A stretch of 64,000 bases of DNA from Pseudomonadota bacterium (GTDB lineage Bacteria; Pseudomonadota; Gammaproteobacteria; Steroidobacterales; Woeseiaceae). The position numbers and the translations under genes are program-made. Shown piece by piece: positions 37,917 to 46,317 of this stretch. The notes below the pieces were generated by a model that had not been told where the DNA came from, did no database searches, and saw nothing but the letters and a program-made list of their open reading frames with translations. The DNA lies in contig JADFNV010000006.1 in NCBI GenBank assembly GCA_022563195.1, forward strand, positions 12,045 through 76,044, given 5' to 3'. Position 1 is the first letter of the stretch. Each line of letters opens with the position of its first letter.

Positions 37917-38722
37917 GTCGCAAACCTGCCGCGACCGGCGCAGCGCATATCGGCGACAAGTGCTGTCGGGTCGTCACTGCGCATCAAAGCTGTGCCGACC
38001 AGCGCCAACCGATATCCCAGGGCAGCGGCAGCGGCTGCGTCATCGGCGCTTTGCAGTCCGCTCTCGGCAACACATCGTGCCGTCGGTAATGCGGAAGACA
38101 TTTCTTCGAGACGATCTTGATCGACCTCGAGAGTGTGCAGGTTGCGCGAATTGATGCCGACGAGTAATTGCCCCTTATCTGCTTTTTCCTGGTGGACTGT
38201 ATGTTCGAGAAGTTTCCTTGTACGCGCCAGGTCATCGTGATCGAAAGATTCAAGCAGAACGAACATGCCGTGCTCGTAGGCACATTGCAGCATGTCGCCC
38301 AGCTTGTCGTCGGAGAGTATCGCTGCGATGAGCAACACTCCACTTGCTCCGGCGTTTCGCGCTTCCACAATCTGCACCGGCTCAACAAGAAAGTCCTTGC
38401 ACATGACCGGAGTGTCGGGCACGGCGCCTGCGACCTCTTCGAGGTGCTCGAGCGCCCCTGCAAAGCGGCTCGGCTCGGTCAGCACCGATATCGCCGCCGC
38501 ACCACCAGCGACATAGCGTACCGCCTGTTGTTTGCGATCGCTGTCCGCCGACGTCAGGTCACCTGCGGAGGGTGAACGGTCCTTGATTTCTGCGATGACG
38601 TCAAAGCTGCCTAGCCTCAGTGGCACGGTGGCCTTGTCGACGCAAGGGCCTCGCGTTGCCGATGGTGCGGCCGCTGCTCTTTGTGCGCTCAACGCTGCCA
38701 TTGTTTGCAGAAAATCACTCAT
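37913..38722 (-). CDS. trpC: Indole-3-glycerol phosphate synthase
   Basis: IAEIKDRSPSAG, AISVLTEP, KDFL, GINSRNL, VAESG, LVGTALM. Confidence 0.95.
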   Translation of the reverse strand: MSDFLQTMAALSAQRAAAAPSATRGPCVDKATVPLRLGSFDVIAEIKDRSPSAGDLTSADSDRKQQAVRYVAGGAAAISVLTEPSRFAGALEHLEEVAGAVPDTPVMCKDFLVEPVQIVEARNAGASGVLLIAAILSDDKLGDMLQCAYEHGMFVLLESFDHDDLARTRKLLEHTVHQEKADKGQLLVGINSRNLHTLEVDQDRLEEMSSALPTARCVAESGLQSADDAAAAAALGYRLALVGTALMRSDDPTALVADMRCAGRGRFAT

Positions 38723-39747
38723 TGGCCGGCGAACTGCTGTCGCATGCGTTCAAGAAGTAACGATGCATCACCATTGTCGAGAGCTGCGGCAGCGGTTTCT
38801 ACGCCCTGTTTAGGATCGCGTGCGCTCCCCAGTACCTCGAGTACCAGCGACGCGCCCATCAGTAACGCATCTCGATGCGCACCCTTGTCATCGCCATTGA
38901 AGACACGAATTAGTTCGTCTGCATTGTGTTGCGCATCACCACCGGCCAGGTCCTCAGGTGTACAGCGTTGCAATCCGTATTCTTCGGGCGTGCGCACCGT
39001 TTCGGTGACCTTGCCGGGAACGACATCGAACAGGGCGAACTCACCAATCGGTGTCGCCTCATCCCAGCCTGGCGTGCCGTGGACGACAAATGCTCTCTCG
39101 ATCGGCATCCCTGACAAGGCCTCCGCCATAAGCCTCGCCGCGTCGTGACTCCAGGCACCGATCAGCTGGAATGGTGGCGCCGCCGGATTCGTCAACGGGC
39201 CAAGCATGTTAAAGACCGTGCGGACGGACATTGCACCACGCACAGGCACAACGGCCTTCATCGCGGGATGATAGGCGGGCGCGAATAAAAATGTGAAATT
39301 CGTTGCCTCGAGACAACTGACTGCCGCAGCTTCGTGCAGAGGCAACGGCATGCCCAGACACTCAAGCATGTCGGCACTACCAGAGCGACTCGATACTGAG
39401 CGGTTACCATGTTTGACGACTCGTGCCCCAGCGGCGGCGGCCAACAGCCCCGTGCCGGTCGATAGATTGAGACTCCCCGAGCCATCACCGCCAGTGCCCA
39501 CAGTATCGACGGTGGGCGCACCTTCGGGGATTTTCGGGTGCACGGCCAGCTCGCGCATTGCTGTCGCAAAACCGCGAATTTCATCGGCCGTCTCGCCTTT
39601 GGCTCGCAGGCCGGCAAGCAATGCACCGGCTAAAGCGGCTGGCATACCACCACCGGCAAGCTCATGCATGAGCTTATGGGCCTGAACTTCGGTTAGTGAA
39701 TTGCCGTCGAGAAGCCCGTCGAGCATGGCACTGAATTCCTTGCTCAT
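38719..39747 (-). CDS. trpD: Anthranilate phosphoribosyltransferase
   Basis: [41 protein letters not shown]. Confidence 0.97.
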   Translation of the reverse strand: MSKEFSAMLDGLLDGNSLTEVQAHKLMHELAGGGMPAALAGALLAGLRAKGETADEIRGFATAMRELAVHPKIPEGAPTVDTVGTGGDGSGSLNLSTGTGLLAAAAGARVVKHGNRSVSSRSGSADMLECLGMPLPLHEAAAVSCLEATNFTFLFAPAYHPAMKAVVPVRGAMSVRTVFNMLGPLTNPAAPPFQLIGAWSHDAARLMAEALSGMPIERAFVVHGTPGWDEATPIGEFALFDVVPGKVTETVRTPEEYGLQRCTPEDLAGGDAQHNADELIRVFNGDDKGAHRDALLMGASLVLEVLGSARDPKQGVETAAAALDNGDASLLLERMRQQFAGQ

Positions 39748-40349
39748 GATGTGGTCAACCGTAAAAAATTGGCCATCAGTTGCTCGCCTTTCGGCGTCAG
39801 CACGCTCTCGGGATGAAACTGCACGCCCTCCAGCGGTAATTCCTTGTGACGAACGCCCATGATCTCACCCCTGTCGGTCTGCGCCGTTACTTCGAGAACA
39901 TCGGGCAGTGACTTAAGTTCGGCGCACAAAGAATGATAACGCCCTACTTCGAAAGGCTGCGGTAATCCGTCGAATATCGTTCTGCCATCGTGATTCGTCA
40001 TTGATGTCTTGCCGTGCATAAGTCGTTCGGCACGTACGATGTCGCCGCCGAAATGATGCACAAGACACTGGTGGCCAAGACACACGCCGAGCACCGGCAC
40101 TCTTTCCGCGAACGTCGCAATCATTTGCAGGGAGACACCGGCATCCTCGGGACGTCCCGGTCCCGGTGAAATGACAAGATGCGTCGGTTCGAGCGCGCGG
40201 GCTTGCTCAACGCTTATCGCATCGTTGCGGTGGACGATGACGTCCGCTCCACATGCCGCAAATGCCTGCACCAGATTGTAGGTAAAGGAGTCGTAGTTAT
40301 CGATCAGCAACATACGCACGTCGTTGAAGGTCTTGTCATCCGCCATCAC
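39744..40349 (-). CDS. trpG: Anthranilate synthase component II
   Basis: [36 protein letters not shown]. Confidence 0.96.
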   Translation of the reverse strand: MMADDKTFNDVRMLLIDNYDSFTYNLVQAFAACGADVIVHRNDAISVEQARALEPTHLVISPGPGRPEDAGVSLQMIATFAERVPVLGVCLGHQCLVHHFGGDIVRAERLMHGKTSMTNHDGRTIFDGLPQPFEVGRYHSLCAELKSLPDVLEVTAQTDRGEIMGVRHKELPLEGVQFHPESVLTPKGEQLMANFLRLTTS

Positions 40350-41740
40350 AAACCCTCCCCCGCAATTTCCAGCGCGCGCCGCAATATCGCACTCTTCGCC
40401 AGCACTTCGCGGTACTCCCGAGCCGGCACAGAATCCGCAACGATGCCGGCACCGGCCTGAAAACTGTACTCATCACCCGAAAACACGAGGGTCCGAATCG
40501 TGATCGCCTGATCCATGTCGCCGCTCAAGCCAAAGTAACCTGCCGTACCGGCGTAAAGCCCGCGCCCCACCGACTCCATTTCTTCGATGATTTCCATTGC
40601 CCTGACTTTCGGCGCTCCAACCAACGTTCCCGCGGGAAAACTCGCAGCGAACAAGTCGAACTGATCATACGCGTCGGCCAATTCGCCCTGCACGCCGCTG
40701 ACAATGTGCATGACGTGGCTGTATCGCTCAATAGCCCGGTAAGGCTCGACATACACAGACCCGGCCCGCGCAACACGCCCCAGATCATTGCGCGCAAGGT
40801 CAACGAGCATGACATGCTCGGCCCCCTCCTTGGGGTCGGCAAGCAACGCTTTCTCATTCGCGAGATCTTCTTCGGGGCTCGCACCGCGCGGCAGGGTTCC
40901 GGCGATGGGCCGCAAAGATGCTTTCTTACCGTTAAGCTTGACGAGCGCCTCCGGCGACGAACCAACAACCTTGAGATCACCAAATTCGAGGAAAAACATG
41001 TACGGCGACGGATTCAACAAGCGCAATGCCCGGTAAACCTCAAACGGTGACACATCTGACCGGCCGCAAAACAACACAGACATCACAATCTGGTAGATAT
41101 CACCCGCCGCAATGTATTCTTTGCACGCTGCCACGCGATCTGAAAATTCATCCTCCGTGAAGCTCGCCGTGGCTGCAGATATTTTCGTGACCCCATTTCG
41201 TGCCGGTATTGCACCCTGCAGACGATGAATGACGTCCTGACGCAGCTTTTTCCGCTCGCGTTCTGGACCATCGTGCAGTAACGCAACACGACGCGTAAGG
41301 TGATCGAAAACCAGCAGCGATGCGGGCGCTACGAATGCAGCATCCGGAATGCTGCTTTGCGGCGCTGTAGCTCGCGGCAGTCGTTCGAATAATCGCACCA
41401 CGTCATAACCAGAGACACCGACTAGCCCGCCTGAAAAAGGCAGCCCGTCAACATCGGGCCCCGGTCGAGGCGCCGCCGACAGGGCATTACGTAACACGTC
41501 CAGATAACCTTGTTGATCAACAGGGCGCGGCTGCGTCTCACCGTTGACGCGCAAACTATCGGCATCCATGCGTACTTCGAGTGCATCGCCAAAGCCGAGA
41601 AACGAATAACGCGCAAGCCGCTCACCGCCCTCGACACTTTCAAGCAGAAAGCGCGGATTGAGATCATGCAGCTTGAGATACGCCGAAACCGGCGTATCAA
41701 GATCTGCGGCTATGTCGAATGGTGCTTGCATTGAATACAT
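40346..41740 (-). CDS. trpE: Anthranilate synthase component I
   Basis: [49 protein letters not shown]. Confidence 0.96.
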   Translation of the reverse strand: MYSMQAPFDIAADLDTPVSAYLKLHDLNPRFLLESVEGGERLARYSFLGFGDALEVRMDADSLRVNGETQPRPVDQQGYLDVLRNALSAAPRPGPDVDGLPFSGGLVGVSGYDVVRLFERLPRATAPQSSIPDAAFVAPASLLVFDHLTRRVALLHDGPERERKKLRQDVIHRLQGAIPARNGVTKISAATASFTEDEFSDRVAACKEYIAAGDIYQIVMSVLFCGRSDVSPFEVYRALRLLNPSPYMFFLEFGDLKVVGSSPEALVKLNGKKASLRPIAGTLPRGASPEEDLANEKALLADPKEGAEHVMLVDLARNDLGRVARAGSVYVEPYRAIERYSHVMHIVSGVQGELADAYDQFDLFAASFPAGTLVGAPKVRAMEIIEEMESVGRGLYAGTAGYFGLSGDMDQAITIRTLVFSGDEYSFQAGAGIVADSVPAREYREVLAKSAILRRALEIAGEGL

Positions 41741-41748
41741 CGGCCCAT

Positions 41749-41781
41749 AAAAAAACCCACCCCCACGTTGGCGGAGATGGG
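41749..41781 (-). terminator. Attenuator terminator upstream of trpE
   Basis: CCCATCTCCGC-CAAC-GTGGGGGTGGG followed by T7 on the minus strand. Confidence 0.85.
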
Positions 41782-41810
41782 CATCTGATTCGTTGTAGCT
41801 CAGCTAATAG

Positions 41811-41873
41811 TCAGCCAGCCGCCCTCTCCTTTTGCGGCAGCCAGGACCAGTGATTGATGCGCTGAGTAATCAT
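41811..41873 (-). CDS. trpL: trp operon leader peptide MITQRINHWSWLPQKERAAG
   Basis: 20-codon ORF with Trp-Ser-Trp; its GGAGAGGGC can pair with GCCCATCTCC of the terminator (antiterminator). Confidence 0.8.
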   Translation of the reverse strand: MITQRINHWSWLPQKERAAG

Positions 41874-41879
41874 TGGCCG

Positions 41880-41908
41880 AGTATTACTGTCGCTCATACC
41901 GGCGTCAA
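41880..41908 (-). promoter_or_regulatory. Sigma70-type promoter of trp leader
   Basis: TTGACG (41908-41903), 16-17 bp, TAATACT (41886-41880), 6 bp before the leader ATG. Confidence 0.55.
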
Positions 41909-41962
41909 GTGCTTTGCGTTCAATAGGTTACGCGTGCAACCATCATAACCCTCGTACGGCCG

Positions 41963-42405
41963 CGCTCTCGTCAAGCGGAATCGAGACATGTGGACGATCA
42001 CCTCGATATCCGAACGGCGGCCCCGACACGGCAGCTCCTCGAGCTTAATGTCGCTTCGACATCCTTGGTCTCGCTCCAATCCGCGAATCCTCGCTCTCGC
42101 TATCCCTGCTCCGCTCGGCTTCGACGACGCTCGACGAGCCACCGTATCGTGTCTGCCCGCCAATCTTCGTGGGGCCGGCGGGCGGGATGTTCCTCGCAAG
42201 ACTCAGCAGGGGCGTGGCATCGGTGTGTTTGCTCGCGCGTCGTCCGGAGCGCTGCGACGCAGGACGCTCAAGCAAGCGGAGGCCGATCCGAGCGAGGCAG
42301 GACGCCGAGCGAGCTTAAGCGCGAGCAAATACCCGGTGGCGTGCCCGTGTGCTTGGACTGCCGGCCGTGTGCTAACTAGGGCGAGCTGCAACGAGCGGGC
42401 TCCTA
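41963..42405 (-). repeat. Dispersed structured repeat element, copy B (core 42014-42351) with REP-like flanks
   Basis: Reverse-complement match to copies A and C; shares with C the flanks CACGGCCGGCAGTCC and CATGTCTCGATYCCGCTTGACGRGAGCG. Confidence 0.95.
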
Positions 42406-44271
42406 TAGATCGTACAGCACGGGGAGGATCAGCGAGAAACCCACCCACATTATGATCGTCAGCGGTATGCCGACCCGCAGGAAGTCGGAGAACTTGTAGC
42501 CGCCAGCACTCAGAATCAGCAGGTTGGTTTGATAACCGTAAGGCGTTGCGAAACTCATGTTCGCGCCGAAGAGTACTGCCAGAATGAATGGTTCCGGACT
42601 GACGCCAAGTTGCTGCGCGATACTGACGGCAATCGGCGTACCAATGGCCGCAGCCGCGTTGTTCGACACCACGTTCGTCATCAAGGTCATGAGCAACAGA
42701 AATGCACTGAGGATCATCGGTGTCGGTAATCCAGATGCAGCGTTGACGAAACTTATGGCAAGGAAATCGGCCATGCCCGTGCCCACGAGCGCCTTGCCCA
42801 GGGCGAGCGCCGTAACGATGATCATGATAATGGGCACCGACAATGAGGCCGCTGCGTCGCGCCAGCCCAGGCAGCCCGTTGCGATCATCAGCCCCAATCC
42901 AACGACTGCACTGACCGCGATCGGCATGATGCCGAGTGCGGCCGCAAGGACGACAAAGCCCATGATTGCGAGTGCACGTTTGGCATTGTGAGTGTGCGGC
43001 AGGTCGGTTGTGCCATCGAGTACCAGCATGTTGCCGCTGTCTTTGAGATTGCTGATTGCCTCACCGGAACCCTGAACGAGCAACACGTCACCGGCCCGCA
43101 ATCGAATCATGTTGAGGTCACCCGTGACCTGCGAGCTCGGCGCTCTTGCGCGATGCAAAGCAAGCGGCATCAGCCCATAGCTGCTACTGAATCGTGCTGC
43201 CGCAAGACTACGCAAGTGCAACGGTGATCCGCGCGTAATGACAACTTCAGCCAGCTGCTGTCCCTCTGCACGCAACGGTGTCTCTTCGTCAACGGGATGC
43301 TCGACATCGGAAATGTTAAACAGCGTCGCCCCCAGTACCTGTTCATAATGTTTGAGATTGTCCGGTGTATCTTTGACGAACAGGCGATCGCCAGGCTGTA
43401 GTTTTACAGAAGGCAACTTCGCAAGGAACAGCGATTCACTGCGCTGTATCTTGTCGATACGCATCATGCCGTCCGCTTTCGCCAGGACCTCGGACAGCGA
43501 TTTGCCGTCGGCAAATCCGCCTTCCTTGACATGCAGCTGAGCACTGAAGATTCGTGGCGATGTATCGGCCATCGGCGGCGTGCGTTCTGGCAACAATCGC
43601 GGCGCGACGAGCCAAAGGAATAACAGGCCAACTCCGCCAACAATCGCGACCGGTAACACCCACTCGAACATACCGAATTGATGCATGCCGAGATCTTGCG
43701 ATATGCCGACGACAAGCAAATTCGTCGAAGTGCCTATCGCCGTGGACATACCGCCAACGATCGTTGCGAGACCCATGGGCAGCATGACTCCGGATACCGA
43801 GAATTTCGAACGCAGCGATGCACCGACAATAATAGGCATCAACAACACAACGATCGGCGTGTTGTTCATGAATGCGCTCAATACGGCGCCTGCACACAGC
43901 GTTATCAGTAATGCGAGTACGGGTCGTGTGGACCATGCGCGTCCGACAACGGCCACGAGGGGTTGCAGTGCCCCCGTGGTTTCGAGCGCCTTGCCGACCA
44001 TCATCAAAGCGCAGATCGCAACCAGCGCTTCGTTGCCGAAACCGGCAAAGAAATCGCTGGCCTCCAGCAAAGTGACGCCATCCTTCTCATATGGAAAGAG
44101 TTCAAATCCTGTGACAAGGACGATGAGAATTGCGAGTGCTGAGGATTCGAGCGGAATGCGGTCGCGTGTAAACAGAAACAGCGCAACCACCGTGAGGATC
44201 AATACCGCAATTCCATGAACGTCAGGAGTTATCGACTGCAATACGCCCTCTCCGTAATTGGGACTGTACAC
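42403..44271 (-). CDS. SLC13/CitMHS-type permease with TrkA-C domains
   Basis: SAFMNNTPIV, IGTSTNLLV, VSNNAAA, SFATPYGYQTNLL, GGYKFSDF. Confidence 0.92.
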   Translation of the reverse strand: MYSPNYGEGVLQSITPDVHGIAVLILTVVALFLFTRDRIPLESSALAILIVLVTGFELFPYEKDGVTLLEASDFFAGFGNEALVAICALMMVGKALETTGALQPLVAVVGRAWSTRPVLALLITLCAGAVLSAFMNNTPIVVLLMPIIVGASLRSKFSVSGVMLPMGLATIVGGMSTAIGTSTNLLVVGISQDLGMHQFGMFEWVLPVAIVGGVGLLFLWLVAPRLLPERTPPMADTSPRIFSAQLHVKEGGFADGKSLSEVLAKADGMMRIDKIQRSESLFLAKLPSVKLQPGDRLFVKDTPDNLKHYEQVLGATLFNISDVEHPVDEETPLRAEGQQLAEVVITRGSPLHLRSLAAARFSSSYGLMPLALHRARAPSSQVTGDLNMIRLRAGDVLLVQGSGEAISNLKDSGNMLVLDGTTDLPHTHNAKRALAIMGFVVLAAALGIMPIAVSAVVGLGLMIATGCLGWRDAAASLSVPIIMIIVTALALGKALVGTGMADFLAISFVNAASGLPTPMILSAFLLLMTLMTNVVSNNAAAAIGTPIAVSIAQQLGVSPEPFILAVLFGANMSFATPYGYQTNLLILSAGGYKFSDFLRVGIPLTIIMWVGFSLILPVLYDL

Positions 44272-44282
44272 CGTATCCTAGT

Positions 44283-45632
44283 TCATACCGGCTCCGCAAT
44301 CAGCTGGTGAGCTTCTTTTAGCTCGAGCACCGCCCACGCCCTCTGGTGTAAGATTTTGAATTGATTGATATTCCAGTGCCCCAGAGGGGGTGGGCCCGGG
44401 AACGCACAGGCATCCGCGAATTCAAGCAATGGGAGTAAATCACAGTAACGCGGATCAGCAGGTGAATGCTCGGGAAACATCGACCAGGGTGACAGCACGA
44501 TCAGGTTTCGATGCCTGATCGCATTGAGCTCAACAGCGCGATGCCAACGCTCTCGCCAACCATCACGTGCGCGCCCGCCGGGTAGCGTATGCGACGGATC
44601 GCAGAGATCGAGCGCCGGCAGGTTTTCATTTTGCACCGCAAGGTAATGTGATCGTGACCGCAGGATCGATTGCGTCCAACGCAATACGTCACCGAGATTT
44701 TGCAAACATGCGAACTGCTGCGGATCGAGACGGCGCTGCCGGGCCAGATCACCGAGGCCCGTCAGCACGATCGCGAGACGACGATTCAGCCAGGAATCAT
44801 GTCGCATTCGCACGGTTGGCCACATCACGTGATCGTGCAGTGCGTCGCCCAGGTCGACACAGCAATGCAACGCTTTCTGCAACGCATTTTGATGCAATGA
44901 GCCGCGATCGTCGGCAAATCGCGCGATATTGAGTTTCATTGTGACCCACGCAGATCCTTCCGGCACCTGTATACCGATCGATGGCAAAATCGCGCTTGCC
45001 GCTTCAGTGCAAAGCAGCGGGCACTGCGGCGTAACCATTGGTGCATACGCAGTACGTACCAACGCACCTTCACGCAAGCACCAGAGCTGTAACCAATATC
45101 GATCATGGCGATCGCGCGCGCTGCGACCGCCGTGCGCTCGCATTTGTGTGACACCAGCAAGCAAATACACGGGACCGTTGCCCAGCAATTCACGACGCTT
45201 CAGCCACGCAATCTCCGGAGTGAGGGTGTCAGCATCAATGACGATCTCAATGCTGGCGGGATTAACCTGTACAGTGGATGCGATCGAACACAGGACCTCA
45301 CACAAGTGGCCAAAGCGGGTAGCTGCCCAGGGCTCCGGCCCCAATCCTTTTATACCCACGGAAAGCGGCAGGCCACTCGTCAATACATCAAAAACCCGTT
45401 CACGAAACTGCTCCATGGCAGGCGCGAATGTGAGCACGGTTCCTGCATCGACTGCCAGCGTTACCCCGGTCGTCAATAGTCCCTTATCGATGACCGGCAA
45501 CATCGGCTCAACGCCCACGTCCTCCAGCTCGAGACAAATCTGCGCAACACTACTCGCATCGGTGCGGTTCGACGCAGAGCCATCGCCATCGGCCGCAGGC
45601 AGCTGGTGCGCTGTTGTGGAGGTTTTTGGCAT
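44283..45632 (-). CDS. Hypothetical protein resembling a degenerate ribonucleotide reductase large-subunit barrel
   Basis: LLCTE, KLNIARF, NRRLAIVLTGLGD, SHYLA, AIRHRNLIVLSP follow the order of NrdA/NrdJ barrel motifs; start MPKTS at 45632 with GGAAGG RBS. Confidence 0.6.
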   Translation of the reverse strand: MPKTSTTAHQLPAADGDGSASNRTDASSVAQICLELEDVGVEPMLPVIDKGLLTTGVTLAVDAGTVLTFAPAMEQFRERVFDVLTSGLPLSVGIKGLGPEPWAATRFGHLCEVLCSIASTVQVNPASIEIVIDADTLTPEIAWLKRRELLGNGPVYLLAGVTQMRAHGGRSARDRHDRYWLQLWCLREGALVRTAYAPMVTPQCPLLCTEAASAILPSIGIQVPEGSAWVTMKLNIARFADDRGSLHQNALQKALHCCVDLGDALHDHVMWPTVRMRHDSWLNRRLAIVLTGLGDLARQRRLDPQQFACLQNLGDVLRWTQSILRSRSHYLAVQNENLPALDLCDPSHTLPGGRARDGWRERWHRAVELNAIRHRNLIVLSPWSMFPEHSPADPRYCDLLPLLEFADACAFPGPPPLGHWNINQFKILHQRAWAVLELKEAHQLIAEPV

Positions 45633-45809
45633 GACGTTCCTTCCCTGGGCGCCGTGATTAGTGGGCACATAGTCCTGCGCCCTCGGTGGCATTGTCGGCG
45701 CTGGGTCTGTATCGTGCCCCGATCCAATCTGGGCAGCTTGGGGAGATTATGTTTTTGCGACACCGACTGGATTACACTTGCACCACACCGACCCAGCGAG
45801 ACTCTGCAT

Positions 45810-46292
45810 ATGCCTTCTTTTGACGTGGTAAGTGACTTTGACGTTCACGAAGCGAGCAATGGCGTTGATCAGGCGAATCGCGAGGTCAATACACGATTCG
45901 ACTTCAAGGGCACCGGATCGAAATTCGAGCTCGACCAGCAGATCATCACATTGACAACGCAGTCCGATTTTCAACTCAAGCAAATGCTCGACATCCTGCG
46001 GCAGAAGCTTTCCAAGCGGGGCATCGATATCGGCTGCCTGGAGGAACAGGAAGCGCAGTTCAACGGCAGCGAAGCACGACAGACTGTGCTGATGCGCAAG
46101 GGCATCGAATCCGATCTGGCCAGAAAGCTCGTCAAGAAGATCAAAGGCAGCAAGCTAAAAGTGCAGACAGCCATTCAGGGCGACAAGCTGCGCGTCAGCG
46201 GCAAGAAACGCGATGATCTGCAGGCTGTGATCGCATTGCTCAAAGATGCCGATGTGAATCTGCCACTGCAGTACGAGAATTTCCGCGACTAG
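45810..46292 (+). CDS. yajQ: YajQ family nucleotide/c-di-GMP-binding protein
   Basis: MPSFDVVS, TRFDFKG, IQGDKLRVSGKKRDDLQ, LPLQYENFRD. Confidence 0.96.
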   Translation: MPSFDVVSDFDVHEASNGVDQANREVNTRFDFKGTGSKFELDQQIITLTTQSDFQLKQMLDILRQKLSKRGIDIGCLEEQEAQFNGSEARQTVLMRKGIESDLARKLVKKIKGSKLKVQTAIQGDKLRVSGKKRDDLQAVIALLKDADVNLPLQYENFRD

Positions 46293-46317
46293 CACTGATA
46301 GTCGACGATCTGTATCG

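Noticed and set aside
45606..45809. N-terminal extension of yajQ; similar extensions for the nitroreductase (to 50847), aroK (to 62260), ybbA (to 54806) and asmA (to 30223)
   Set aside because: Family-typical N-termini begin at downstream starts; the extensions overlap neighbours or regulatory DNA.
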